Shown: positions 1-9,156 of the stretch, piece after piece
Position numbering within the stretch: the first letter of the stretch is position 1
Layout: every line of letters begins with the position of its first letter
Source of the DNA: Candidatus Asbonarchaeum danakilense
Lineage (GTDB): Archaea > Nanohalarchaeota > Nanosalinia > Nanosalinales > Nanoanaerosalinaceae
Direction: 5' to 3'
Assembly (NCBI GenBank): GCA_034190465.1
Contig: JAXINV010000056.1
Coordinates: forward strand, 8,744-26,633
DNA: 17,890 nt
Program-made: the position numbers and the translations under genes
The notes under the pieces: generated by a model
What the model was told of the DNA's origin: nothing
Databases searched by the model: none
Seen by the model: only the letters and a program-made list of their open reading frames with translations

Positions 1-55
1 CATCTCCGCACCCAAGATCCGGGACCAGGAGATCGAGGACGAAGACGAGGAGTGA
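1..55 (+). CDS. 3' end of a CDS truncated by the window edge (…ISAPKIRDQEIEDEDEE*)
   Basis: Open frame from base 2 with an acidic tail, ending at TGA 53-55; converges on the next gene. Confidence 0.6.
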   Translation, partial: ISAPKIRDQEIEDEDEE

Positions 56-78
56 CACGGACTACAGACATTACGGAG

Positions 79-732
79 TCACCACGGCAGGAGCCAGGAG
101 ATGAAGTGCTGGATCGTCTTGATCAGACTTGAGAGCGGTGAGGGCTCATTCCTTTTTTCGTTGTCCAACTCCGTTGATTTATTCATCTTGTCTTCTGTCC
201 CGAAGCCGATCGATATAGCGTCCTGCACCACGACCGGCATCACTACCGTCACCGACTGCTCCGGGTAGTGGACCGTCGCCCTGACCTCGTCTGGTACCAC
301 GCGGCGGAGTTTCTCCTTCGTGAGTGTCGTGTTGCCGGAGGGAACATGCAGCTCGATCCGGTACTCATGACCTTCGGCACTGTCAACCGTCACAGAGACG
401 TTCCGTGCTGTCTCGTTCCCGAACTGTTCCCGTATCAGCGCGCCAATCCGCTTGACAGCCTTGTCGTTCCCTTCCATCGCCGCCCAACGCTCCATCGAGG
501 TGTTGCCGTACATCACCGGTTCACGTCGATACGCGGTCGAGTTGTTGACCGGGACGTTCTCGTACGCGGAGACGTACGACACCACTCCCGCCTCAGGATG
601 GACAGCGTGGAACGTCCATCCGAACTCGTCCATCCCGACCTCTACGGAGAGCGTGTCCTCCACAGGGCCGTGACTCGCGGCAGCGGTGACCGATACCGTG
701 ACAAGCAACACACCGAGCCACGCCAGTCGCAT
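79..732 (-). CDS. Hypothetical secreted or surface protein
   Basis: Start moved to ATG at 732 (MRLAWLGVLLVTVSVTAAA, signal-peptide-like) because a TTTGAAAA box lies at 759-766. Amphipathic C-terminal tail LSSLIKTIQHFISWLLPW. Confidence 0.7.
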   Translation of the reverse strand: MRLAWLGVLLVTVSVTAAASHGPVEDTLSVEVGMDEFGWTFHAVHPEAGVVSYVSAYENVPVNNSTAYRREPVMYGNTSMERWAAMEGNDKAVKRIGALIREQFGNETARNVSVTVDSAEGHEYRIELHVPSGNTTLTKEKLRRVVPDEVRATVHYPEQSVTVVMPVVVQDAISIGFGTEDKMNKSTELDNEKRNEPSPLSSLIKTIQHFISWLLPW

Positions 733-758
733 CTCCCTTTGATGTTGCCGCCGCCTGG

Positions 759-807
759 TTTTCAAACCACAGCCATGTCAGGAGCCGGTCACCGCCCGGG
801 CTTAAAA
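759..807. promoter_or_regulatory. Divergent TATA boxes (TTTGAAAA on - strand at 759-766; CTTAAAA on + strand at 801-807)
   Basis: AT-rich boxes about 24-27 nt upstream of the ATGs at 732 and 831, the spacing expected for leaderless transcripts. Confidence 0.55.
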
Positions 808-830
808 CGGTTGCCGTCCAGCTTTACCAC

Positions 831-1958
831 ATGATCGAGGAGCGCGGCATCAGGCTCGACATCGACCTGGAGGATGAGCCGGACAAGGACTCGGAGGTCT
901 TCTACAACGACGACCAGCAGCTGAACCGGGACGTCTCCGTCGCCGCGCTGCAGGCGTTCACCGACCGGCACGACCTCGATGTCAACGTTCTCGATGCGTT
1001 CGGCGGCACAGGGATCCGCGGGCTGCGGTACCGCCGGGAAGTCAGCGGCCTGGAAGCGGTCACGGTCAACGACATCAATCCCTCAGCGGCGGACAACGTC
1101 AGGCGCAACATGGAGCTGAACGGGCTGAGCGACATCGAGGTCACGGAGCAGGACGCCAACCTGCTGATGACCGACCGGCGGAAGCGGTACGAATACATCG
1201 ACATCGACCCGTTCGGCTCGCCCGCGGATTATGCGGACTCCGCGGCGCGCTGCATCTCGCACGAAGGGGTGGTCGGCGTCACCGCCACCGACCTCGGTAC
1301 GCTGTGCGGCAGCTACCGGAAGACCTGTAAGCGGCGGTACGCGTCGTGGAGCCTGAACACCAGCTACTGCCACGAGATCGGGCTCCGGGTGCTGCTCAAG
1401 TTCCTGTTCGAGACGTTCGCCCGGTTCGACAAGGTGTTCCGCCCGAAGGTCGTGTTCGCCCAGAAACACTACTACCGGGTGCTCGGCGAGGTTCAGGAGT
1501 CGAAGAAAGGCGTCAACCGGTCACTGGACCAGGTCGGCTACCTGCGGCACTGCGACGACTGCGGCTACCGCAGCCTGGAGGAAGAGCCCGTCCACGGCGA
1601 CTGCCCGGAGTGCGGCAGCCACCTCCACCTGCTCGGCCCGCTGTGGATCGGCAAGCTCGGCAGGCGCGACTTCCTGGCGGATGTCCGGGACGACCTGGAC
1701 GAGCGGGAATACGACGACGCCGCGGAGCTTGTGGAGATGCTGCACGGCGAGTGCCTGCTGAAGACACCGTACTACGACACCCACCAGATCGCCGGCTCCA
1801 TCGGGCTGCCTGTGCCGACCAAGCAGGAGCTGCTGGACGAGCTGCATGACATCGGGTACAATGCGGCCCCGACACACTTCTCACCGATGGGTATCCGTAC
1901 CAACGCCCCGATCGAGGACCTGAAAGACGTGATCCGCGACCTGAAGGGCGGGGAGTGA
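831..1958 (+). CDS. trm1: tRNA (guanine-26 N2)-dimethyltransferase Trm1
   Basis: VFYN…NRD, LDAFGGTGIRGLR SAM-binding motif, DIDPFGSP, TATD, HEIGLR, CxxC…CxxC zinc knuckle, GPLWIG, THF..GIRTNAP. Confidence 0.96.
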   Translation: MIEERGIRLDIDLEDEPDKDSEVFYNDDQQLNRDVSVAALQAFTDRHDLDVNVLDAFGGTGIRGLRYRREVSGLEAVTVNDINPSAADNVRRNMELNGLSDIEVTEQDANLLMTDRRKRYEYIDIDPFGSPADYADSAARCISHEGVVGVTATDLGTLCGSYRKTCKRRYASWSLNTSYCHEIGLRVLLKFLFETFARFDKVFRPKVVFAQKHYYRVLGEVQESKKGVNRSLDQVGYLRHCDDCGYRSLEEEPVHGDCPECGSHLHLLGPLWIGKLGRRDFLADVRDDLDEREYDDAAELVEMLHGECLLKTPYYDTHQIAGSIGLPVPTKQELLDELHDIGYNAAPTHFSPMGIRTNAPIEDLKDVIRDLKGGE

Positions 1959-2110
1959 CGCCCGAACCCCGGTGAACGCACGGTGATGTCCGGCCACGGC
2001 CTGCTTCAGGAACCACAGTTCAGGCCCGTCCGGGCGAACGGATGTTAAGCGTTCCCGGCAGACGCCCCTATTCTTTTTATGCTCGGAGCGGATACACGGG
2101 CAGAATCACG

Positions 2111-3193
2111 ATGCGAGACGAAGTATACAGCGGGAGCGTGGAGTACGTCCAGCTCCTGGACGCGGACGGCGACCTTGACGGCGAACTGCCTGACGGACTC
2201 GAGGAGGACGACCTGAAGGAGATGTACCAGGAGATGGTCACCGCCCGCGAGTTCGACGAACGGGCGGTCAAGCTCCAGCGGAGGGGCGACATGGGAACGT
2301 ATGCACCGCTGAAAGGCCAGGAAGCGGCACAGGTCGGGTCGGCCTACGCGATGGACGACGATGACTGGATGGTGCCGGCCTACCGGGAGGGCGCCAGCTA
2401 CTTCACACGCGGCGTCCCGATGGAGAAACTGCTGCAGTACTGGGGCGGCGACGAACGCGGCGCGGAGATGGACGGCGAGGACGAGAACCTGCCGCCGTCG
2501 GTCCCGGTCGGCAGCCAGGTGATCCACGGCGCCGGTATAGCGATGAGCATGAAGCGCCACGGCGACGACAAGGCGACACTGACCTACCTCGGCGACGGCG
2601 CGACCAGCGAGGGCGCGTTCCACAGCGGGATGAACTGGGCCGGTTCGTTCGACGTGCCGGCTGTCTTCTTCGTCCAGAACAACCAGTACGCGATCTCGGT
2701 GCCGCGCGACGAGCAGACCGGAGCGGACACTATCGCACAGAAGGCGCTGGCCTACGGCATGGACGGCGTCCAGGTCGACGGCAACGACCCGGTAGCGGTC
2801 TGGCAGGTGACGAACGAGGCGCTGGAACGTGCCCGGGAGGACGGCGAGCCGACGCTGATCGAGGCGGTGACGTACCGCCGCGGCGACCACACCACGGCCG
2901 ACGACGCCTCCAAGTACCGGGACGAGGACGAGGTCGAGGAATGGCGGGAGAAGGACCCGATCGACCGGCTGGAAGCCTTCCTCGCGGACCAGGGCGTGCC
3001 GGACGACTGGTTCGAGGAGCAGCAGGAGCTGGCTGAGGAACAGGTCAGCGACGCGATCGATGCGTATCAGTCCATGGAGGATCAGGACCTGGAGGACCTG
3101 TTCGACCACCACTACGCGGAGACCCCGCCCGAGCTGGAGCGGCAGAAACAGGAACTGCTTGCGACGGAAGACGAGACAGGAGGTGATGCCTGA
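2111..3193 (+). CDS. pdhA: Pyruvate/2-oxoacid dehydrogenase E1 alpha subunit
   Basis: GQEAAQVG, TPP-binding GDGATSEG…NN, DGND and HTTADD motifs. Start set at ATG 2111, downstream of TTTTTATG at 2074-2081. Confidence 0.93.
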   Translation: MRDEVYSGSVEYVQLLDADGDLDGELPDGLEEDDLKEMYQEMVTAREFDERAVKLQRRGDMGTYAPLKGQEAAQVGSAYAMDDDDWMVPAYREGASYFTRGVPMEKLLQYWGGDERGAEMDGEDENLPPSVPVGSQVIHGAGIAMSMKRHGDDKATLTYLGDGATSEGAFHSGMNWAGSFDVPAVFFVQNNQYAISVPRDEQTGADTIAQKALAYGMDGVQVDGNDPVAVWQVTNEALERAREDGEPTLIEAVTYRRGDHTTADDASKYRDEDEVEEWREKDPIDRLEAFLADQGVPDDWFEEQQELAEEQVSDAIDAYQSMEDQDLEDLFDHHYAETPPELERQKQELLATEDETGGDA

Positions 3194-4227
3194 TGAGCGG
3201 CAAGACGATGGTCGAGGCGCTGAACCGTGCCCTGGAGGAAGAGATGGAGCGCGACGAGGACGTCGTGCTGATGGGCGAGGACGTCGGTGAGGACGGCGGC
3301 GTGTTCCGCGTCACCGACGGCCTGGACGACCAGTTCAACGAGGACTGGGACGATCCCTCGGAGCGGCTGGAGCATGAACGTGTCATCGACACGCCACTGG
3401 ACGAGGCAGGCATCGTCGGCACCGCGCTGGGCATGTCGCTGTACGGTGACAGGCCTGTCACGGAGATCCAGTTCTCCGGCTTCATGCTGCCGGCGATGAA
3501 CCAGCTGATCGGCCACGTCGCCAGGTACCGGAACCGGACCCGGGGCAAGTACGAGCCCTCGATGGTGGTCCGGGCACCGTACGGCGGCGGGATCGAGGCA
3601 CCGGAGCACCATTCCGAGTCGGATGAGACGTTGTACGCTCACACGCCGGGGCTCAAGGTCGCGGTGCCGTCCACGCCGGAGGACGCGTACGGCATGATGA
3701 AGGAGGCGGTCCGTGACGACGACCCGGTGGTCTTCCTGGAGCCGAAGAAGATCTACCGCAGCGCCCGGGAGGAGCTTCCCGATCCTGACGAGGACTATAC
3801 CGTTGGGCTGGGCGAGGCGGACGTCAAGAAGGAGGGTGACGACGTGACGGTCGTCTCTTGGGGCGCGACCCTGCAGGACACGCTGGAGGCGGTGGATGAG
3901 CTCGAGGACGATGACATCTACGCGGAAGTGGTCGACCTGCGGTCAATCAGCCCGATTGACTTCGAGACGATCGAGGAGAGCTACAAGAAGACCGGGAAGC
4001 TGGTCGTGGCGCACGAGGCCCCGCAGACGTGTGGTGTCGGGGCGGAGATCTCCTCGCGTATCACGGAGGACGACCACGATCTGCTGTACCTGGAGGCGCC
4101 GATCAAGCGGGTCACCGGGTACGATACCACGATGCCGCTGTACGAGAACGAGGACGAGTACCTGCCGGACAGCGACGACATCGCGGAGGCCATCAGAGAG
4201 GTCGACGAGTACGGCTTCGAGGGCTGA
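3193..4227 (+). CDS. pdhB: Pyruvate/2-oxoacid dehydrogenase E1 beta subunit
   Basis: GEDVG..GGVFRVT, DTPLDE, EIQF, EHHSES, FLEPK and VDLRS motifs. TGATG stop/start overlap with pdhA and GGAGGTGA SD upstream. Confidence 0.94.
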   Translation: MSGKTMVEALNRALEEEMERDEDVVLMGEDVGEDGGVFRVTDGLDDQFNEDWDDPSERLEHERVIDTPLDEAGIVGTALGMSLYGDRPVTEIQFSGFMLPAMNQLIGHVARYRNRTRGKYEPSMVVRAPYGGGIEAPEHHSESDETLYAHTPGLKVAVPSTPEDAYGMMKEAVRDDDPVVFLEPKKIYRSAREELPDPDEDYTVGLGEADVKKEGDDVTVVSWGATLQDTLEAVDELEDDDIYAEVVDLRSISPIDFETIEESYKKTGKLVVAHEAPQTCGVGAEISSRITEDDHDLLYLEAPIKRVTGYDTTMPLYENEDEYLPDSDDIAEAIREVDEYGFEG

Positions 4228-4290
4228 ACGCAGCGTTCACTGGCTGAAGGAAAAAGAGAAAGAAGAAAAGGAGAGGAAGGGGAAGCAGGA
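4225..4290. terminator. Terminator region between convergent pdhB and tfb
   Basis: Hairpin TGAACG-CAG-CGTTCA (4225-4239), plus a long purine run that reads as a T/C tract on the tfb strand. Confidence 0.5.
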
Positions 4291-4293
4291 TGC

Positions 4294-5541
4294 TTAGTCC
4301 TGCTTGTTCTCGATCTCTTCCTCGAGGCCGAGGTTCTCGACCAGTTCCTTGTACCGGTTCCTGATCGTGACCTCGGTGACGCCGACGATGTCGGCGACTT
4401 CGCGCTGGGTCCGCTTCTCGCCTTCGAGGACGGCTGCGATGTACAGTGCGGCCGCGGCGATGCCTGTCGGACCCTTGCCTGAGAGCAGGTTCTGTTCACG
4501 TGCCTCCTGGATGATCTTCCGGGCACGTGCCTGCACCTCGCCGGACAGCTCCAGCTTGCCGGCGAACCGCGGGATGTGGTCCTGCGGCTTGGCCGGGAGG
4601 ATCCTCAGATCGAGCTCTCTGGCGACGTAGCGGTAGGTACGTCCGATCTCCCGCTTATCGATGCCAGAGGTCTCGTGGATCTCGTCGAGCGTCCGGGGGG
4701 TGCCCTGCTGTCGGGCGACGATGTACAGAAGCGCTGCGATGACGGATTCCATGGAACGTCCACGGACGAGGCCTTTGTCGACCGCCTTCTCGTACAGGCG
4801 GGCGACCTCCTCGTGCACTGATTCAGGCAGGTTGAGGTGAGAAACCATACGGTTGAGCTCTGATAGCGCAAAGCCCAGGTTGCGGTCCTTGGACTTGGTC
4901 AGCCGGTTGTGCCACTTGCGCATCCGATAGTACTGCGCACGCTTCTTCCCGGAGACCTTGTAGAGCTCGCCTGAGCCCTTGCCGATCTCGGTGGAGACGC
5001 CCATGTCGTGCTTCGTGTAGGTCAGTGGAGCACCAGCTCTCTCCTTTTTCTCCCGCTGTTCGGCGTTGAACGCACGCCATTCAGGGGATTCGTCGATCAT
5101 CTCTTCGTCGATGACCATCCCACAGTTGTTGCAGACGAGTTCGCCCTTGTCGGTGTCCTCGCTGAAGTTGCGTTCCCCACACTCGGGACATTCCGGTCGC
5201 TGGACCGCCTGCTGTCCCTCACCTGCATCGTCGTCAGCAGAGGACTCGTCCTCGTCTTCCGTCTTCCGCGGAGAAAGCTCGTTCTCCTGGATCTTCTGGC
5301 CGCTGGAGTCCGATCCTTCCTCGGGCTCCTCTGCCCCTTCCTGCTGAGGGTCGGGTCCCTCCGGCTGTTCGGGGACGGGGCCAGGCTCCTGCGCCGGGTT
5401 GGGTACCTCGTTCGGTGCTGAACGCGGCACGTCGCCCGGTCCGGCTGGTGCCTCCGTCGGTGCTTCTGAGTCTAGATCGTTTTCGCTGTCTAGTTCATCC
5501 TCGAGTTCTTGAGGTGCCATATCTCGTGCTTCTTCAACCAT
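4294..5541 (-). CDS. tfb: Transcription initiation factor IIB with long acidic N-terminal extension
   Basis: CPECG…CNNCG zinc ribbon, PEWRAF B-reader, two cyclin repeats (GLVRGRS, GKGPTG), and TQREVA..GVTEVTIRNRYKEL helix-turn-helix. Confidence 0.97.
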   Translation of the reverse strand: MVEEARDMAPQELEDELDSENDLDSEAPTEAPAGPGDVPRSAPNEVPNPAQEPGPVPEQPEGPDPQQEGAEEPEEGSDSSGQKIQENELSPRKTEDEDESSADDDAGEGQQAVQRPECPECGERNFSEDTDKGELVCNNCGMVIDEEMIDESPEWRAFNAEQREKKERAGAPLTYTKHDMGVSTEIGKGSGELYKVSGKKRAQYYRMRKWHNRLTKSKDRNLGFALSELNRMVSHLNLPESVHEEVARLYEKAVDKGLVRGRSMESVIAALLYIVARQQGTPRTLDEIHETSGIDKREIGRTYRYVARELDLRILPAKPQDHIPRFAGKLELSGEVQARARKIIQEAREQNLLSGKGPTGIAAAALYIAAVLEGEKRTQREVADIVGVTEVTIRNRYKELVENLGLEEEIENKQD

Positions 5542-5596
5542 GCTTTTTGTCCCCCCACGGTAGTTACGTGAGACACAAGAGTCTTATGCAGACTCC

Positions 5597-5700
5597 TTTA
5601 TAAATGTTTGGGTAAAGGTTACCCTGTACGGGTAACAACACTTCCTGCCCTCCCCCACAGAGGGCACGGACTCCATCATTTGGCTGAAGAGGTATATAAA
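5597..5700 (-). promoter_or_regulatory. Tandem tfb promoters with two hairpins between them
   Basis: TTTATAAA at 5597-5604, and CGAAACC-TTTATATA (box at 5693-5700) on the - strand. Inverted repeats at 5618-5636 and 5646-5666. Confidence 0.6.
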
Positions 5701-5837
5701 GGTTTCGGTAAGCTTAAATATTCGGTCAGGACTGCTCAGACAGCCCCGTGACGCCCTGTCAGCCGCCGTCCCGGGACAGATCAGAGGTACGGGATGGGCT
5801 TATAAACCGGGGCCGCCAATCCTGTATGGTGCCCTCC

Positions 5838-6551
5838 ATGGACTGGGACACGTACGACCGGGACGAGTTTCTGGACGAGCTATCAATCGATGTCGAAACC
5901 CTCGACGACAACCCTGCCGTCGACCACCAGCTCAGCAAACTGCGTGACCGCGAGACGGAGGATTACGCGTTCGAGGACCGGATGCGCGGCCTCTCCCAGA
6001 CCATGGGGTACAGGGTCGCCGAGGACCTGGAAACGCGCGAGACGACGGTCGAGACGCCGCTTGAAGAGGCGGATGCACGGTACATGGACGACGCGGTCGT
6101 CGTGCCCATCCTCCGGGCAGGGCTTGCGATGCGTGACGGGCTGCGTGACTCCTGGCAGGACTTCGACACCGGGTTCATCGATGCCTGGCGGGACGAAGAC
6201 CTGTCCGTCGAGGTCGACTACCTGAAGCTCCCGGACCTGGACGAGAAGACCGTGGTCCTCACCGATCCCATGGTCGCGACCGGCCACACGCTCACCGCAG
6301 TCTACGAGGCAATCGAGGACCGGTTCGACCCGGAGCGGTACGTCGTGATGTCTGCCATCTCCGTCCCGGAGGGTATCAAGCAGGTCGACGACGTGTTCCC
6401 CGACGACACCGCGTTCTACACCGGAACCATCGACGATGAACGGTACGGAGAAGACTTCATGTCGCCCGGCCTCAACGAGCACGGCTACATCGTCCCTGGC
6501 CTCGGCGACGCGGGCGACCGCCTGTACGGGGAGCCCGACGAGGTCGTCTAG
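5838..6551 (+). CDS. upp: Uracil phosphoribosyltransferase
   Basis: VPILRAG, PRPP-binding DPMVATG and GYIVPGLGDAGDRLYG. TTATAAA at 5800-5806 supports a start at 5826 or 5838. Confidence 0.93.
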   Translation: MDWDTYDRDEFLDELSIDVETLDDNPAVDHQLSKLRDRETEDYAFEDRMRGLSQTMGYRVAEDLETRETTVETPLEEADARYMDDAVVVPILRAGLAMRDGLRDSWQDFDTGFIDAWRDEDLSVEVDYLKLPDLDEKTVVLTDPMVATGHTLTAVYEAIEDRFDPERYVVMSAISVPEGIKQVDDVFPDDTAFYTGTIDDERYGEDFMSPGLNEHGYIVPGLGDAGDRLYGEPDEVV

Positions 6552-7231
6552 ATCCCGTGGTGCAAGCGCTCTCCCAGCGTTGACGGGAGGTGCTCCCTGA
6601 CCGCTTCCGCGACCTTCTTGATGTCGTACTCCACCCGGTGGATCGCTGCCTCGCGTTCCTCCGTGTCCAGCACCGCGCATGAGGCACGGGTGTCGCCGTC
6701 ACGTGGCTGGCCGACGCTGCCAGGGTTGAGAAACAGCGTCTCCTCGACCGTCGTCGTGTACGGGTGGTGGGTGTGGCCCATGACGCAGATGTCCGGTGGC
6801 TCGTCGAAACAGCTCTCGATGAACGGCGGGCCGATCGACGACCCGTTGACGTACTCCCGGAGCGGGCTACGCGGCGAGCCATGGACCATGTACAGGTCGG
6901 TGCCGTCGTAGTCGTCGCGGTGCGTGTCAGGCAGTCCCTCCAGGTAGGAACGGTTCGCATCCGTGATCTCCTCCTCCGTCCAGTCCAGGGCCTGGCGGGC
7001 GACCGCGTTGAACGGGAAGTCCCGACCGATCAGGCCGGCATCGTGGTTGCCGAGGACGGCGTCGACGTCGCGTTCACGGACAGCCTCGACGACCTCGTTC
7101 GGCCAGACGTAGTAGCCGACGATATCACCGGCGCAGAGCAGGCCGTCCAGGTCCTCCTCGTCAAGCCGGTCGAGCACCTGCTCCAGTGCGGGCAGGTTGG
7201 CGTGGATGTCGGAGATGATGCCGAGCCGCAT
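6548..7231 (-). CDS. Calcineurin-like metallophosphoesterase (YfcE-like family)
   Basis: SDIHAN, GDIVGY, GNHD, HGSP, GHTH and NPGSVGQPRD motifs. Confidence 0.92.
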   Translation of the reverse strand: MRLGIISDIHANLPALEQVLDRLDEEDLDGLLCAGDIVGYYVWPNEVVEAVRERDVDAVLGNHDAGLIGRDFPFNAVARQALDWTEEEITDANRSYLEGLPDTHRDDYDGTDLYMVHGSPRSPLREYVNGSSIGPPFIESCFDEPPDICVMGHTHHPYTTTVEETLFLNPGSVGQPRDGDTRASCAVLDTEEREAAIHRVEYDIKKVAEAVREHLPSTLGERLHHGI

Positions 7232-7288
7232 GCACCTTTGTTGGTGCTGCCGTCTTTTTTATGCTACGAACCCGAACACTCCGGTGCC

Positions 7289-7693
7289 ATGGACGAGGCA
7301 GTGCTGGTGTACGACGGGACGTGCGGCTACTGTTCGACGGTGGCGAAGATCGCAGCCATCGGCGGGATCAGGACGCTGCCGTACGAGAGCAAGGAAGCGC
7401 AGCAGCTGCTGGACGTGTTCGATGACAAGGGGTTCACACTGTACCTGTTCGACGGGGAGACTGTGCACTGGGGTTCGAAGGCTGCGGAAGCGGTGGCTTC
7501 CCACCTCCACATGCCGGGTATACTGGTCAGATCTGTCGGGAAACTGTATCCGTACCTGCTCGCACTTGTCAGCTTCCTGACCCGGCGGGGGCGCGAGGTG
7601 AGCGGGCCGTCGTGCAGCTGTGCGGTCACCGTCTCCGAGCAGGGGTCAGGTGGCACGCTGCGTCTGGAGGATGCTCCTGGAGCCGGGGAATGA
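7289..7693 (+). CDS. DCC1-like thiol-disulfide oxidoreductase (DUF393)
   Basis: N-terminal LVYDGTCGYC (DxxCxxC). Likely start ATG 7289 lies inside the longer ORF 6764-7693, after TTTTTTAT at 7255-7262. Confidence 0.8.
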   Translation: MDEAVLVYDGTCGYCSTVAKIAAIGGIRTLPYESKEAQQLLDVFDDKGFTLYLFDGETVHWGSKAAEAVASHLHMPGILVRSVGKLYPYLLALVSFLTRRGREVSGPSCSCAVTVSEQGSGGTLRLEDAPGAGE

Positions 7694-7737
7694 GGAAGGA
7701 CCGAAACTTATTAGTAACGGAACCCAATACTGGGGCG

Positions 7738-8247
7738 ATGGAAAGGAAGGCCACCTACCTGGATCCGGCATCGCGGAAGGCTGTGACGGTCGGTGCCCTC
7801 TCAGGGATTGCGTCGTCGTTCATCACGAGCATGCTGGCTGTGGTCCTGGCCGCTTCCGCCGTTATGGCTGGTCAGGGCGGATCGATGATGGGCTATTTCT
7901 TCCCCTCCATCTCCGGCGCAGCTATCGGTCTGCCTGCTGCCCTGTTGCTCGCGGCAGGGATCGTGGTAGCGTTCGGGTTCCTCGGATGTATCGCAGGGTC
8001 TGCTGGCGGTGTGCTGTTCAAGGAGTTCTATAACTCGCTCCCCGGTGAACGCACCACGCGGAAGGCGGCGTTGCTGTTCCTGGCGCTCTGGGTCGTCTTT
8101 GCGCTGATACCCAACATGACCGCGTCGGTCAGGGCGCCGTCCGTGTACTCGGTACTGGGCCCGCTTGTGCTCTGCCTCGGGTACATCCTGGTGTACAGCT
8201 ATCTTCTCGGTGTCCACTGGAACAACATCTTCACGGATCAGGGATAG
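7738..8247 (+). CDS. Hypothetical membrane protein (about 4 TM segments)
   Basis: Hydrophobic segments; start at MERKAT, downstream of the AT-rich box CTTTATTA near 7707-7714. Confidence 0.7.
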   Translation: MERKATYLDPASRKAVTVGALSGIASSFITSMLAVVLAASAVMAGQGGSMMGYFFPSISGAAIGLPAALLLAAGIVVAFGFLGCIAGSAGGVLFKEFYNSLPGERTTRKAALLFLALWVVFALIPNMTASVRAPSVYSVLGPLVLCLGYILVYSYLLGVHWNNIFTDQG

Positions 8248-8618
8248 ATCATCGAGAAGGCAAGGTACGTCACCGCCCCGGCTGAGAGGAACGAATAAAG
8301 ATGGATCTTCAGGGCCTGACGCAGGTCCTGTCTGTGGGCGTCGCTGTCCGGTACCTCATGTCTGTTCCCTCCTTCCTCACTCACGTCGTAGATGCCCTGC
8401 ATCGCGAACCCGGCGCAGAACCGGTACCGGGTCTGGAAGTAGCCCTCGAACCCGAGCGAGAACCCGGCGAACAAGGGGAGCAGTGCGATGACCGACAGAC
8501 CGAGGTAGATGATGCCGGTGAGGACGGCGGAGGCGAAGAGGAAGCCGGCGATCCCAAGGTATGCGCGTTTCCGTAGCTCCGCCCGGCCGATGTTGCAGCT
8601 CCCTGGCTGGTACTCCAT
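8238..8618 (-). CDS. Conserved-looking hypothetical membrane protein (YxPGxCNIG…FC motif)
   Basis: About 3 TM segments; MEYQPGSCNIG start and Q…RFC motif resemble uncharacterised haloarchaeal/bacterial proteins. Confidence 0.75.
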   Translation of the reverse strand: MEYQPGSCNIGRAELRKRAYLGIAGFLFASAVLTGIIYLGLSVIALLPLFAGFSLGFEGYFQTRYRFCAGFAMQGIYDVSEEGGNRHEVPDSDAHRQDLRQALKIHLYSFLSAGAVTYLAFSMIYP

Positions 8619-8701
8619 GATGCCGTGTACGTGACCGCGCCTTATGAATCGGTCGGCTGCCTGAACTTGAAATACCGGGCAGACCCAACCACTGTCAGAC
8701 C

Positions 8702-9148
8702 ATGACAGCAGAGCTGTACGACAATATCCTCATCCCGACCGACGGCAGCAGCGGGACCGAGAAAGCGGTCGAACACGCGCTCGATCTGGCGGAGACGTAC
8801 GATGCAACAATCCACGTCCTCTATGTCATCGACATGCATCCCTCCTACCACGGCGTGCTCTCGGAGAATTACATCGATGAGCTGAAGGACGAAGGCGAGA
8901 AAGCCATCGACGATGTCGTTGAGAAAGCCACCGGCAGGGGCCGCAAGGTGACGACGAAGATCGCCCGCGGTATCCCGCACAAGGTCATCCTCCGGTACGC
9001 GGAGGAGAACGACATCGATCTCATCGCCATGGGGACGCACGGCCGGACCGGGATCCGGCATCTGGCGCTCGGCAGTGTCGCGGAGAAGGTGATCCGTGCC
9101 GCGGACATCCCCGTCCTGACAGCCCGCATGACGCCTGAGGACGGTTGA
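8702..9148 (+). CDS. Universal stress protein (UspA family)
   Basis: ILIPTDGS, DLIAMGTHGRTG..LGSVAEKVIR..PVL; TTGAAATA box at 8667-8674. Confidence 0.95.
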   Translation: MTAELYDNILIPTDGSSGTEKAVEHALDLAETYDATIHVLYVIDMHPSYHGVLSENYIDELKDEGEKAIDDVVEKATGRGRKVTTKIARGIPHKVILRYAEENDIDLIAMGTHGRTGIRHLALGSVAEKVIRAADIPVLTARMTPEDG

Positions 9149-9156
9149 ACGGGACG

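Noticed and set aside
6764..7288. N-terminal 175 aa of the 309-aa ORF as a fusion to the DCC1 domain
   Set aside because: It overlaps the metallophosphoesterase on the opposite strand, and the TATA box supports a start at 7289.
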